Origin: Eledone cirrhosa
Taxonomy: Eukaryota
NCBI GenBank assembly: GCA_964016885.1
Contig: OZ024741.1
Coordinates: 267,902,001-267,966,000, forward strand
DNA length: 64,000 bases
Direction of reading: 5' to 3'
Below are positions 42,398-54,927 of this stretch, in pieces. How positions within the stretch are numbered: position 1 is the first letter of the stretch; each line of letters begins with the position of its first letter. The notes under the pieces are model-generated. The model was not told where the DNA came from. It worked only from the letters and a program-made list of their open reading frames with translations, and ran no database searches. Position numbers and translations under genes: made by a program.

Positions 42398-45300
42398 AAG
42401 AGCGAAAATGCCAAAGTTAAAGTCAAATTCACCTCGTGGACGAGAATGCGAGCACTCCTCTTTGTTTCGTCCGCGGATGGCTAACATAACCCTATCTCCT
42501 CCCGCCCCCACCACCCCCACCCTCCAAACGCAACCCAAACCTTCAGAGTTGGTACCATAAATGTAGGCACCCTAAAGGGTCGCGCTAACGAGGTTGTAGA
42601 GATGCTTGAACGTAAGGAGGTCGATGTTTGTTGTATTCAAGAGACCAGGTGGAGGGGTGGGTCTGCTAGATTCATTGAGGGTAAAAAACGATGTTATAAG
42701 CTTTTCTGGGTGGGAAACGACGATGGGCTGGGTGGAGTAGGAATCATGGTAGCAGAAAAGTGGGCAGATAAGATAATAGACGTAAATAGAGTGAACGACA
42801 GAATAATTAAAATAAGACTTGTCCTCAATAGAACTACGGTGACAGTAATATCTGCGTACGCACCCCAATCCGGACTGCCCGGCACTATAAAAGACAGATT
42901 CTATGAGACACTGTTGCTAACTACCTCCCAAATATCTGACAGTGACTATATAATTATTGCAGGCGACCTAAATGGTCACGTTGGACAACATTGTGACGGC
43001 TACGACGAAATCCATGGAGGCTATGGGTTTGGTACTAGAAATGAGGAAGGCTCCAGAATCCTGGAATACTGTGATGCAAATAACCTAACTATCTGTAACA
43101 CTAACTTCAAAAAACGTGACAATCACCTGATTACCTATAGATCCGGGGAACACACAAGCCAGGTAGATTATATCCTTACCAGAAGACGTGACAGAGTGTC
43201 TGTTGTAAACACTAAATCCCTCCCCCATGAAGAATGCACCTCCCAACATAGACTGATAATTAGCGACCTCATAGTCAGGACGAGACGTACCCGACAGCAG
43301 AAGAGGACTATCCTCAGGAGGAAAATATGGAAACTAAAGGACCCCACAGCCAGAAATAAATTTCAAAGCATATTACTTGATGCTTTCGACAGTAAGGAAG
43401 AGCATCTAGAATCGGACAATATAGAGGGACAGTGGAAATTTCTGAAAGCAAACCTGCTGTTGGCGACAGACGAGGTCTGTGGCTGGAGCAGGCCTGTAGG
43501 CAGGAGGAGAGTAACATGGTGGTGGAACAATAGGGTGGAGGGGTCAATTAAGGCCAAAAAGCAGGCTTGGAAAGTATGGCGGGATGGGGGAAGTAGAGTA
43601 GACTATCAAGTGGCCAGGAGGAAAGCTAGGAGAGAAGTGTACTTAGCAAGAAGGGAAGCGGAGGAAAGAAAGTTCAAGCATGTTCTACAACGCGATGACC
43701 AAAAACGTGAGGTGTTCAGGATTGCCAGGCAATGCGTCAAGGAAAACCGTGATATTGTCGGGGAGAAGTGTGTACTTAACGATGATGGCATACTTGCCAT
43801 CACCGACACTGATAAGAAGGTAGCTTGGAAGTGTCACTATGAAAGGCTACTAAATGAGGAGAATAAATGGGAGAAAGACAGTCTCCCCCATATCGACCCG
43901 ATAGAGGGACCAGCAGTGTTAGTCGAGGGGAGTATAATAAGTAAGGCAATCAAGGATATGAAGACTGGTAAGGCGGCTGGGCCTTCGGAAATAGTTGCTG
44001 AGATGCTGAAGGCATCTGGCACGGTGGGACACACCATGGTCACCCGCATAGTTAACCAAGTCGTACAGAATGGGGTTGTTCCGAAGGACTGGCATAGCAG
44101 CATCATCGTTAACTGTTATAAGGGTAAAGGAGACGCCCTAGATAGGAGTAACTATAGAGGCATTAAATTAATCGACCAGGTCATGAAGGTCACGGAAAAA
44201 GTAATAGCGCAACTAATCAGAGAGAGAATTGATCTAGATGAAATGCAGTTCGGGTTTGTGTCAGGCAAAAGCACCACAGACGCTCTTTTCATAGTACGAC
44301 AACTACAGGAGAAGTACCTAGCTAAAGGTAAACCCCTCTACTTAGCTTTTGTCGACCTGGAGAAAGCCTTCGACAGAGTCCCCCGCTCCATTATCTGGTG
44401 GGCTCTTAGAAAACTAGGCGTTGACGAATGGCTTGTGAGGGCTATACAAGCCATGTATAAAGAAACAGTCAGCAAGGTTAGAATTAACAACGAATATAGT
44501 GAAGAGTTTAGCGTAAAAGTTGGCGTCCATCAGGGCTCTGTTCTCAGCCCCCTACTATTTATTATTGCCCTTCAGGCTATAACAGAGGAGTTCAAGACAG
44601 GCTGCCCATGGGAACTCCTATACGCAGACGACCTGACACTCATAGCGGAATCAATGGCCGAGCTAGAGAAGAAATTCCAAACATGGAAGCACGGCCTAGA
44701 GTCAAAAGGACTTAAAATTAACCTGGCTAAGACCAAAGTTCTAGTTTGTAGGAAAGAAAACAAGGCGGCGGTCCCTTCTGGGAAATGGTCGTGCTCGGTA
44801 TGTAGGAAAGGCGTAGGTAGAAACTCCATCTTATGTCCTAAATGCAAAGTATGGGTGCATAATAGATGTAGTGGGATCACAGGTAAGCTAACTAAGAACA
44901 TAGACTTTACATGTGGCCGATGTTCTGGTGCAATAAGTAGCAGCAAGTGCCCACAAAATACTAGCTCTTTCAATTGCGCAGAGGGTTCTATAGAAATAGT
45001 GGACAGCTTCCGTTACCTGGGCGATAAAATCAGCAGTGGGGGAGGGTGCTCTGAAAGTACTGTAGCTAGAGTCAGAACTGGTTGGAAAAAGTTCAGAGAG
45101 CTTATACCACTATTAGCTGCTAAAGGGTTCTCCCTAAAAATGAAAGGCAGGTTGTACGATGCCTGCATACGAACAGCAATGTTGCATGGTAGTGAGACCT
45201 GGGCATTGTGTGCAGAGGATATACGCAGACTAGAGAGGAACGAAGCTTGCATGCTCCGCTGGATGTGTAACAGTAATATACGTGAACGGCAAAGCATAAA

Positions 45301-45945
45301 CGAACTAAGGAAAAAATTAGAGATAAGAGGGATCAGATGTTGTTTACTCGAGAGAAGGCTGCGTTGGTATGGACACGTGATGCGCATGAAAGTCGATAGC
45401 TGTATTACAAAGTGCAGGGCAATAAAGATAGACGGTAGCCACGGAATAGGCAGACCTAGAAAAACATGGGATGAGCTGATAAACTCCAACCTCATACACT
45501 TACACCTCTCCAAGACAATGTCACTGGACCGTGACCTTTGGCGGTACTCAGTAACAGAGAAGACCCGCCTTGCCAGTAGGCATCTCTAACAAACTACACC
45601 CCGTCCCGCCACCACCCCCACCCCATCCACACCACCCCGTTCCATGTAAAGTTATGTTGGTGCCGCGCCATCCAGGCCGAAACAAACGAGATCGTGTAGG
45701 TGTCACGACAAAAAAACACACAGTCCACGCTGTAATGTGGCCGTGTAGGCAACACGGTAAAAACCTCCCAGACCCACACTGTAAATGTGGTTGGTGTTAG
45801 GAAGGGCATCCAACTGTAGAAAACCTGCCAGACAGTCCTATGCGAGCAAGACAATCACTCTTGCCTCAAGTGGGACTACCCCCGTCCAAACCCATGCAAG
45901 CGTGGAACACGGACGTTAAACGTTGATGATGATGATGATGATGAT
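42398..45945 (+). mobile_element. RTE LINE family A, near full length
   Basis: Single long APE-RT ORF, ~330-bp 3' UTR and (GAT)n tail, with (TA)n on both sides. Confidence 0.97.
42602..45589 (+). CDS. RTE LINE APE endonuclease / reverse transcriptase (995 aa; frame open from 42485)
   Basis: CIQETRW, SAYAPQ, AGDLNGH, QVDYIL and SQH mark the APE domain. DLEKAFD, QGSVLSP, YADD and YLG mark the RT. RRLRWYGH and GRPRKTW mark the RTE C-terminus. Confidence 0.95.
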   Translation: MLERKEVDVCCIQETRWRGGSARFIEGKKRCYKLFWVGNDDGLGGVGIMVAEKWADKIIDVNRVNDRIIKIRLVLNRTTVTVISAYAPQSGLPGTIKDRFYETLLLTTSQISDSDYIIIAGDLNGHVGQHCDGYDEIHGGYGFGTRNEEGSRILEYCDANNLTICNTNFKKRDNHLITYRSGEHTSQVDYILTRRRDRVSVVNTKSLPHEECTSQHRLIISDLIVRTRRTRQQKRTILRRKIWKLKDPTARNKFQSILLDAFDSKEEHLESDNIEGQWKFLKANLLLATDEVCGWSRPVGRRRVTWWWNNRVEGSIKAKKQAWKVWRDGGSRVDYQVARRKARREVYLARREAEERKFKHVLQRDDQKREVFRIARQCVKENRDIVGEKCVLNDDGILAITDTDKKVAWKCHYERLLNEENKWEKDSLPHIDPIEGPAVLVEGSIISKAIKDMKTGKAAGPSEIVAEMLKASGTVGHTMVTRIVNQVVQNGVVPKDWHSSIIVNCYKGKGDALDRSNYRGIKLIDQVMKVTEKVIAQLIRERIDLDEMQFGFVSGKSTTDALFIVRQLQEKYLAKGKPLYLAFVDLEKAFDRVPRSIIWWALRKLGVDEWLVRAIQAMYKETVSKVRINNEYSEEFSVKVGVHQGSVLSPLLFIIALQAITEEFKTGCPWELLYADDLTLIAESMAELEKKFQTWKHGLESKGLKINLAKTKVLVCRKENKAAVPSGKWSCSVCRKGVGRNSILCPKCKVWVHNRCSGITGKLTKNIDFTCGRCSGAISSSKCPQNTSSFNCAEGSIEIVDSFRYLGDKISSGGGCSESTVARVRTGWKKFRELIPLLAAKGFSLKMKGRLYDACIRTAMLHGSETWALCAEDIRRLERNEACMLRWMCNSNIRERQSINELRKKLEIRGIRCCLLERRLRWYGHVMRMKVDSCITKCRAIKIDGSHGIGRPRKTWDELINSNLIHLHLSKTMSLDRDLWRYSVTEKTRLASRHL

Positions 45946-46074
45946 ATAGTATATATATATATATATATAGTATATAGTATATATATATATACTATATAGT
46001 ATATATATATATACTATATAGTATATATATATATACTATATAGTATATATATATATATATATACTATATAGTAT

Positions 46075-49000
46075 ATCATCATCATCATCATCATCATCAC
46101 CGTTTTACGTCCGTTCTTCCACGCTAGCATGGGTTAGACGGGTTGTCCTGTTGTGGGCAGTGTCTGGTCGGCTGACCATGCCTTGCTCATACAGGAACTG
46201 ATCTGGCTTGATTTCTACAGCTGGATGCCCTTCCTAACACCAACCTCATTTACAGTGAGTGCTGGGTGCTTTTTCGTGGCGCCTACACGTCCACTTTACA
46301 GTGTGGGCTGGGTGCTTTTTTGCCGTGGCACCTCCACGACCACCTTGCGGTGGGGGGGGGGGGCATATTGTTTATATGCTTCAGCATGTACCCATGGGAG
46401 GTCGGGTACCCTGTATTACTGCGTGACGCCAGAAGTCACGGTCGTGTGTCATTGACTTTGAGAGGTGTAGTTGGGTAAGGTCGGCTTTTATCACCTCATC
46501 CCAAGTCATCTTGGGTCTCCCCACTCCGCGGTTTCCATCAACTTCTAGTGCTCTGCACCTTTTTATGCAGCTGTCATCCTTCATACGCATCACATGTCCA
46601 TACCAGCGTAACCGCCTCTCCTGCACGCAGCATTTGATTCCTCTTATGCTCAGTCTCTCTCTCAATTCATTTATGCTTTGTCGTTCACGTATATTACTGT
46701 TACACATCCATCGGAGCATGCAGGCTTCGTTTCTCTCTAATCTACGTAAGTCTTCCACCTTCAGCGCCCAGGTCTCACTACCATGCAACATCGCTGTTCG
46801 GATACACGCATCATACAGTCTGCCTTTCATTCTGAGGGAGAAGCCTTTTGCAGCTAGCAGTGGTAGTAGTTCCCTAAACTTCTTCCATCCCGTTCTTACC
46901 CTAGTTATTGTACTTTCTGAGCACCCACCTCCGTTGCTAATTCGGTCACCTAGGTAGCAGAAGCTGTCTACTGTTTCTACAGGGCCCTCCCAGAGATTGG
47001 TGGTACTTGTTTCCTGTGGCTGTTTGCTTGCTGTTTCAGCACAGCTGCTGCATGTGAATCCTACATTCTTAATTAAGCTTCCTGAGATCCCGCTACATCT
47101 CTTGTGTACCCATTGTTTGCATTTGGGGCAAAGAATGGAGTTCCTACCTACACCTTTCCTACATACTGAGCAAGGCCATTTCCCTGAGGGGATCTGGGTT
47201 CTGTTTTCTCGTCTACTTATAAGGACCTTAGTCTTTGTCATGTTGACTTTGAGGCCCTTTCTCTCTAGTCCCTGCTTCCAGGTTTGGAATTTATTCTCTA
47301 GTTCTACCATAGATTCAGCTATGAGTGCGAGGTCATCAGCATACAGGAGTTCCCATGGGCATCCGGTCTTAAACTCCTCCGTTATTGCCTGCAGGACTAT
47401 GATGAACAGGAGAGGGCTAAGAACAGAGCCCTGGTGGACCCCAACCTGTACGCTAAATTCCTCGCTATACTCATTGCCAATCCTAACTTTGCTGACTGCT
47501 CCCCTATACATGGCTTGTACCGCTTTCACAAGCCATTCATCTACTCCTAGTTTTCTAAGAGCCCACCAGATTACTGCACGTGGAACTCTGTCAAAGGCTT
47601 TCTCAAGGTCGACAAATGCCAAGTAGAGTGGCTTACTTTTAGCTAGGTACTTTTCCTGTAATTGCCTCACAAGGAAGAGCGCATCAGTGGTGCCTTTCCC
47701 TGGAACAAACCCAAATTGCATCTCGTCTATATTCACCCGGTCCCTAATCAGCTGTGCTATAACTCTTTCTGTTACTTTCATGACCTGGTCCATCAACTTT
47801 ATACCTCTATAGTTTCCTCTATCTAGTGCATCGCCTTTACCTTTGTAGCAGTTGACAATGATGCTACTGCACCAATCTTTTGGTATGGCCCCCTCTAGTA
47901 TTACCTGGTTAACGATACGTGTGGTTATAGTGTGACCTACAGACCCAGATGCCTTCAGCATCTCGGCAGCTATACCCGATGGACCGGTTGCCTTCCCTAT
48001 CTTCATATCTCTGATTGCCTTACTTACTACACTGCCGCTGACTTGTACTGCTGGTCCCTCTATAGGGTCTACGTGGGGTAGGGTCTCTTCTTCCCATGCA
48101 TTCTCCTCATTTAGTAATCTATCATAATGACTCTTCCATGCATCTTTCTTCTCAGCACTTGTGAGGGCAAGCTCACCTTTATCATTCCGGATACACTTCT
48201 CTCCAATGACATCACAACTATCTCTGACACACTGCCTCGCAATCTTGAATACCTCCTGTTTCTGGTCCTCACGTTGTAAAACATGCTTGAATTTTCTATC
48301 CTCTGCTTCCCTCCTAGCTAAGTATACTTGTCGCCTAGCTTCCCTCTTGGTCTCTATGTAATGTACCCTGCTCCCCCCGTTCTTCCATTCTTTCCATGCC
48401 TGTCTCTTGGCCTTGACTGCTTCATCTACCTTATTGTTCCACCACCAAGTCACTCTCCTCCTGCTTGAGGTCTTACTCCAGCCACAAACCTCATCCGTCG
48501 CCTCTAGTAAGTTATTTTTTAGGAACTCCCAGTTCTCTTCTACGTTAAATGTCTCTATCTGTTCTTCTTTACTGTCGTAGGCGTTGAGTAAAATATCTTT
48601 AAATCTGTTACTGGTTGAGGGGACTTTCAGCTTCCAGATCTTTCTTCTCCAGGTTGGCCTCTGTTTCAGGGCTCGTCTAGTTCTGACCGTGAGGTCGCTG
48701 ACAACTAAGCTATGTTGGGATGTACATTCCTCACTAGGGAAGGCTTTTGTGTTTACGACCGTCCATCTGTCACGTCCTCTGATGAGGATAAAATCTAACT
48801 GACTAGAGTGCTCCCCTGATCTATAGGTGATCAGGTGGTTGTCGGGTTTTTTAAAGTTTGTGTTACATATCGACATGTCATTGGCGTCGCAGAATTCTAG
48901 AAGTCTGAATCCTTCCTCATTCCTTGTGCCAACTCCATGGCCTCCATGTACTCTATTGAAGCCGTCGCAGTGTTTACCTACGTGTCCGTTAAAATCTCCT

Positions 49001-50237
49001 GCAATGATTAGGAAGTCCTTGTCGTCTGTTAGAGCAGTAGTGTGTATTAGGGACTCGTAAAACCTATCCTTAAGTTCGTCTGGCAGCCCCGATTGGGGTG
49101 CGTAAGCTGATATTATTGTGGTAATTGTCTTATTCAGGACTAGTCTGAGTTTAATGATTCTTGCATTTACCCTGTACACTGAGATTACTTTATCTACCCA
49201 CTTGTCAGCTAATAGTATACCTACACCATCCATCCCATCGTCATTTCCCACCCAGAAAAATTTGTAGCACTGGCTTTTTCCTACAAGGACTCTAGCAGAC
49301 CCTCCTCTCCATCTAGTCTCTTGCACACAGCATACATCAACTTCCTTTCGCTCTAGCATTTCTACGATTTCTCCTGCTCTTCCTTTCATTGAGCCTACAT
49401 TGATGGTACCAACTCGGAGTTTTGGGCATTTGTCGACACTCGTAGGGGAGGGTCTCTGGGTTGGCGCTTCACGTGGGTGCTTGGTAGCTCGCAGATTCAT
49501 ATTTCATCTATTGATTCAGAGTTGCTCGTGTATTCCCAGCTCATCCATCCCTAACGGTGGGAAAATTGAGGGCTAGAAGGACAGTGGTGGTGGGGGTAAT
49601 GGCAGGGTGTGTTGGGATGCGCCAGAGGAGGAGAGAGTTAGTTAGGCAGGTAGTAGCAGCAGCAGCAGTGGAAATGGCATGCTAGGTTTGATTGGTCGAA
49701 TAGACTATGGTGGTGTGTGGGGGTGGGGGGGAGGGAAATTGTGAGGTAGGAACTGAGGGTCGCATGGTAAATATCCAAGTTAATACTACATCAGTAAAAT
49801 TAACAATAATAACGTCATGAAAAAGCTACTAAGAGAAACCCTCGAAAATTTATCGCTAATACAGCAGGGAAAATTTAACGCTAATACAGCAGGGAACATC
49901 ATAATATTAACGACATGAAAAAGCTACTAAGAGAAACCCTCGAAAATTTATCGCTAATACAGCAGGGAAAATTTAACGCTAATACAGCAGGGAACATCAT
50001 AATATTAACGACAATATGTAGGCTAAAATACCTTCGTAGATTAGGTGGATGGCTGGCTGGGAAAATTTGAATCAGCTCAGTGGTACATTTTAGCAGAGAA
50101 GAATGGCAAAGTGTCTTATCTCTTCAATATTTTCAGATTGAATGAATTAGGTTAAAGACAGGGTAGTAAGCCTTAAAGAAGTGCATAGAGGGGGGGGGGG
50201 GTAGGAACTGAGGGTCGCATGGTAAATAACTGAGAGT
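46075..50237 (-). mobile_element. RTE LINE family B, apparently full length with a ~740-bp 5' UTR
   Basis: Intact ORF, (ATC)n tail at the left, and a 5' UTR with internal repeats, all inside (TA)n. Confidence 0.97.
46381..49500 (-). CDS. RTE LINE APE endonuclease / reverse transcriptase (1039 aa)
   Basis: LRVGTINV, CVQETRW, AGDFNGH, DLEKAFD, QGSVLSP, YADD, YLG and RRLRWYGH in an uninterrupted frame. Confidence 0.96.
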   Translation of the reverse strand: MNLRATKHPREAPTQRPSPTSVDKCPKLRVGTINVGSMKGRAGEIVEMLERKEVDVCCVQETRWRGGSARVLVGKSQCYKFFWVGNDDGMDGVGILLADKWVDKVISVYRVNARIIKLRLVLNKTITTIISAYAPQSGLPDELKDRFYESLIHTTALTDDKDFLIIAGDFNGHVGKHCDGFNRVHGGHGVGTRNEEGFRLLEFCDANDMSICNTNFKKPDNHLITYRSGEHSSQLDFILIRGRDRWTVVNTKAFPSEECTSQHSLVVSDLTVRTRRALKQRPTWRRKIWKLKVPSTSNRFKDILLNAYDSKEEQIETFNVEENWEFLKNNLLEATDEVCGWSKTSSRRRVTWWWNNKVDEAVKAKRQAWKEWKNGGSRVHYIETKREARRQVYLARREAEDRKFKHVLQREDQKQEVFKIARQCVRDSCDVIGEKCIRNDKGELALTSAEKKDAWKSHYDRLLNEENAWEEETLPHVDPIEGPAVQVSGSVVSKAIRDMKIGKATGPSGIAAEMLKASGSVGHTITTRIVNQVILEGAIPKDWCSSIIVNCYKGKGDALDRGNYRGIKLMDQVMKVTERVIAQLIRDRVNIDEMQFGFVPGKGTTDALFLVRQLQEKYLAKSKPLYLAFVDLEKAFDRVPRAVIWWALRKLGVDEWLVKAVQAMYRGAVSKVRIGNEYSEEFSVQVGVHQGSVLSPLLFIIVLQAITEEFKTGCPWELLYADDLALIAESMVELENKFQTWKQGLERKGLKVNMTKTKVLISRRENRTQIPSGKWPCSVCRKGVGRNSILCPKCKQWVHKRCSGISGSLIKNVGFTCSSCAETASKQPQETSTTNLWEGPVETVDSFCYLGDRISNGGGCSESTITRVRTGWKKFRELLPLLAAKGFSLRMKGRLYDACIRTAMLHGSETWALKVEDLRRLERNEACMLRWMCNSNIRERQSINELRERLSIRGIKCCVQERRLRWYGHVMRMKDDSCIKRCRALEVDGNRGVGRPKMTWDEVIKADLTQLHLSKSMTHDRDFWRHAVIQGTRPPMGTC

Positions 50238-50354
50238 ATATATATATATATATATACTATATAGTATATATATATATATATATATATATAGTATATATAT
50301 ATATATATATATACTATAGTATATATATATATATATATATATATATACTATATA

Positions 50355-50386
<32 letters not shown>

Positions 50387-50392
50387 TATATA

Positions 50393-50424
<32 letters not shown>

Positions 50425-50603
50425 TATATAGTATATATATATATATATACTATATATATATATATACTATATAGTATATATATATATATATATATATATA
50501 CTATATAGTATATATATATATATATATATATATACTATATAGTATATATATATATATATATATATATACTATATAGTATATATATATATATATATACTAT
50601 ATA

Positions 50604-50637
<34 letters not shown>

Positions 50638-50643
50638 TATATA

Positions 50644-50675
<32 letters not shown>

Positions 50676-50893
50676 TATATAGTATATATATATATATACT
50701 ATATAGTATATATATATATATACTATATAGTATATATATATATATATATATACTATATAGTATATATATATATATATATATATACTATATAGTATATATA
50801 TATATATATATATATATACTATATAGTATATATATATATATATATAATAATACTATATAGTATATATATATATATATATATATACTATATAGT

Positions 50894-50924
<31 letters not shown>

Positions 50925-51185
50925 ATAGTATATATATATATATATATATATACTATATAGTATATATATATATATATATATATACTATATAGTATATATA
51001 TATATATATATATACTATATAGTATATATATATATATATACTATATAGTATATATATATATATATATATATACTATATTGTATATATATATATATATACT
51101 ATATAGTATATATATATATATATATACTATATAGTATATATATATATATATAGTATATATAGTATATATATATATATACTATATA

Positions 51186-52462
51186 GCGATCAAAAGTTTA
51201 CCCTAAAATGGGAGAAATTAGCTAAAACCCAAAGCTTTTCCAGGAGCCAAAATTTCTGCAAATTGTGTAATCTTGAGATTTATTACATAATCACACACAA
51301 GAAGAAACTGCTGAATAACAGAATTGAACGAACATTATTCTGCCGTCACAGAACTAAAACCCTTTTTTTCCCACTACAAGCCGAATATTACATAAAAGAG
51401 GGACATCCCCCAACTATATAAACCTTAATCTAGTTAGAAAAATATAAAAACAATCTCTTCTCAACATATATTAATAACCTTAAATTACCACACTAATAAT
51501 GGAAAGATATGCTGATGAGAATAGGTGCAAATATGCGATAATGAATGTGTCTAAAAACGTCCATAAGTATGTATATATATGTGAAAATGTATATAAATAA
51601 GTAAAAATATATATATATGTTTGATGTGTATAGTTAGATGTAAGTGTATTCATGTATTAAAGTGCTTATATATATGTGTATATATATGTGTATATATATA
51701 TGTGTATATATATATATATATGTATGTATATATATATGTATATGTATGTATATATGTGTATATAGATGTGTATGTATGTGTATGTGTGTACACATGGACT
51801 AGAGTAAGTATGTATATATGTGTGTCTATACGTGTGTATATAAAGATAAGTTGAGTATGAAAATGTATACACATGAGCGCGTATGTATGTACATGAATAC
51901 ATGTGTGTATATATATGTTTATGCATGTGTATATATATGTAAGTATGAATATGTGAATTGTGAGTATATGTATTTTGTAGAGGTGTGCAAATATATTTGT
52001 GTGTGAATGCGTGGGTGAAAGGATACGTACACTTGAAAGAAAAATTTAAGTCTGAATGTTAATTAAGTGCAAACACAAAACCAACCACGCATATCTTTAC
52101 TATCTCTAATCCTTCTATAGATTTAGAAAAATAACCAATAATATATTCTATAAAAAATGTCAAAACAACAGATGGGAATCTAATTACTCACTGCCACCAA
52201 GAATTCTCACTGCTATCGAAAAACCACTCCTTCAACTATTCTTCTAACAACTTCACCCCTCCCTCCTAATATTCTCTATACAAACTAAATAGGTCCTCAG
52301 TAATATTATTCTGATGAAATGACAGTAAATAATAACATTGAAATATTGAATGTCTGCATAACTAAAAGTTTGTAGATAGCAGCTGTTTTAGGTTATGTAA
52401 CTGTTATAGAAACACGTGTCAATAAATTCCTTTCAACTAAACTGTATCCATTCAAATCTTTC
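51186..52462 (+). mobile_element. PLE 3' fragment with a hammerhead
   Basis: From ~51188 it translates as DQKFTLKWEKLAKTQSFSRSQNFCKLCNLEIYYIITHKKKLLNNRIERTLFCRH, colinear with the end of ORF 28126. A TA/TG-rich 3' region and a ribozyme follow. Confidence 0.8.
52306..52425 (+). ncRNA. Type I hammerhead ribozyme with a long stem II insertion
   Basis: UUAUU-CUGAUGA-A-AUGACAGU...ACUGUUAU-A-GAAAC-ACGU-GUC/AAUAA, with a palindromic stem III (ACACGTGT). Confidence 0.85.
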
Positions 52463-52468
52463 TATATA

Positions 52469-52558
<90 letters not shown>

Positions 52559-52566
52559 ATATATAG

Positions 52567-52660
<94 letters not shown>

Positions 52661-52677
52661 GTATATATATATATATA

Positions 52678-52711
<34 letters not shown>

Positions 52712-52975
52712 TATATATATATATAGTAGTATATATATATATATAGTATATATATATATATAGTATATATATATATATATATAGTATATATATATATATA
52801 GTATATATATATATATATATATATATATACTATATATATATATATATATATATACTATATATATATATATATATATATACTATATATATATATATATATA
52901 TATACTATATATATATATATATATATATACTATATATATATATATATATATACTATATATATATATATATATATA

Positions 52976-53013
<38 letters not shown>

Positions 53014-53230
53014 TATATATATATATATATATATATAGTATAGTATATATATATATATATATATAGTATATATATATATATATATATAGTATATATATAT
53101 ATATATATATATAGTATATATATATATATATATATACTATATATATATATACTATATATATATATATATATATATACTATATATATATATATACTATATA
53201 TATACTATATATATATATATACTATATATA

Positions 53231-53263
<33 letters not shown>

Positions 53264-53266
<3 letters not shown>

Positions 53267-53383
53267 ACGAAGGAAATGTGGTAAGGGACCAGGTGGACCA
53301 TAACGCACCAAAGTACTCAATACTTGAGGTAGTAGAGTGGATAATAGGAACCAGTAAGACCCCTGGGGTCTTACTGGTTCCTA
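53264..53383. mobile_element. Small fold-back family copy
   Basis: Near-identical to 21588-21690. It ends in the perfect palindrome taggaaccagtaagacccc-t-ggggtcttactggttccta. Confidence 0.8.
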
Positions 53384-53421
53384 TATATAATATATATATA
53401 TATATATAGTATATATATATA

Positions 53422-53468
<47 letters not shown>

Positions 53469-53497
53469 TAGTATATATATATATATATATATATATA

Positions 53498-53573
<76 letters not shown>

Positions 53574-53597
53574 ATATATATATATATAATATATATA

Positions 53598-53635
<38 letters not shown>

Positions 53636-54119
53636 TATATATATATATATATATACTATATATATATATATACTATATATATATATATATACTATATATA
53701 TATATATATATACTATATATATATATATATACTATATATATATATATACTATATATATATATATATATACTATATATATATATATATATACTATATATAT
53801 ATATATATATACTATATATATATATATATACTATATATATATATATACTATATATATATATATATACTATATATATATATATATACTATATATATATATA
53901 TATACTATATATATACATATATACTATATATATATATATATACTATATATATATATATACTATATATATATATATATACTATATATATATATATACTATA
54001 TATATATATATACTATATATATATATATATACTATATATATATATATATATATATATACTATATATATATATATATATACTATATATATATATATATATA
54101 TATACTATATATATATATA

Positions 54120-54157
<38 letters not shown>

Positions 54158-54221
54158 TATATATATATATATATATATACTATATATATATATATATATA
54201 CTATATATATATATATATATA

Positions 54222-54273
<52 letters not shown>

Positions 54274-54413
54274 TATATATATATATACTATATATATATA
54301 TATATATATACTATATATATATATATATATATACTATATATATATATATATATATACTATATATATATATATATACTATATATATATATATATATATACT
54401 ATATATATATATA

Positions 54414-54444
<31 letters not shown>

Positions 54445-54516
54445 CTATATATATATATATATATATATATACTATATATATATATATACTATATATATAT
54501 ATACTATATATATATA

Positions 54517-54714
<198 letters not shown>

Positions 54715-54742
54715 TATATATATATATATATATAGTATATAT

Positions 54743-54774
<32 letters not shown>

Positions 54775-54816
54775 GTATATATATATATATATATAGTATA
54801 TATATATATATATATA

Positions 54817-54927
<111 letters not shown>

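Noticed and set aside
43314-49060. Antisense ORFs within the LINEs
   Set aside because: Shadow frames of the RT ORFs with no independent evidence.
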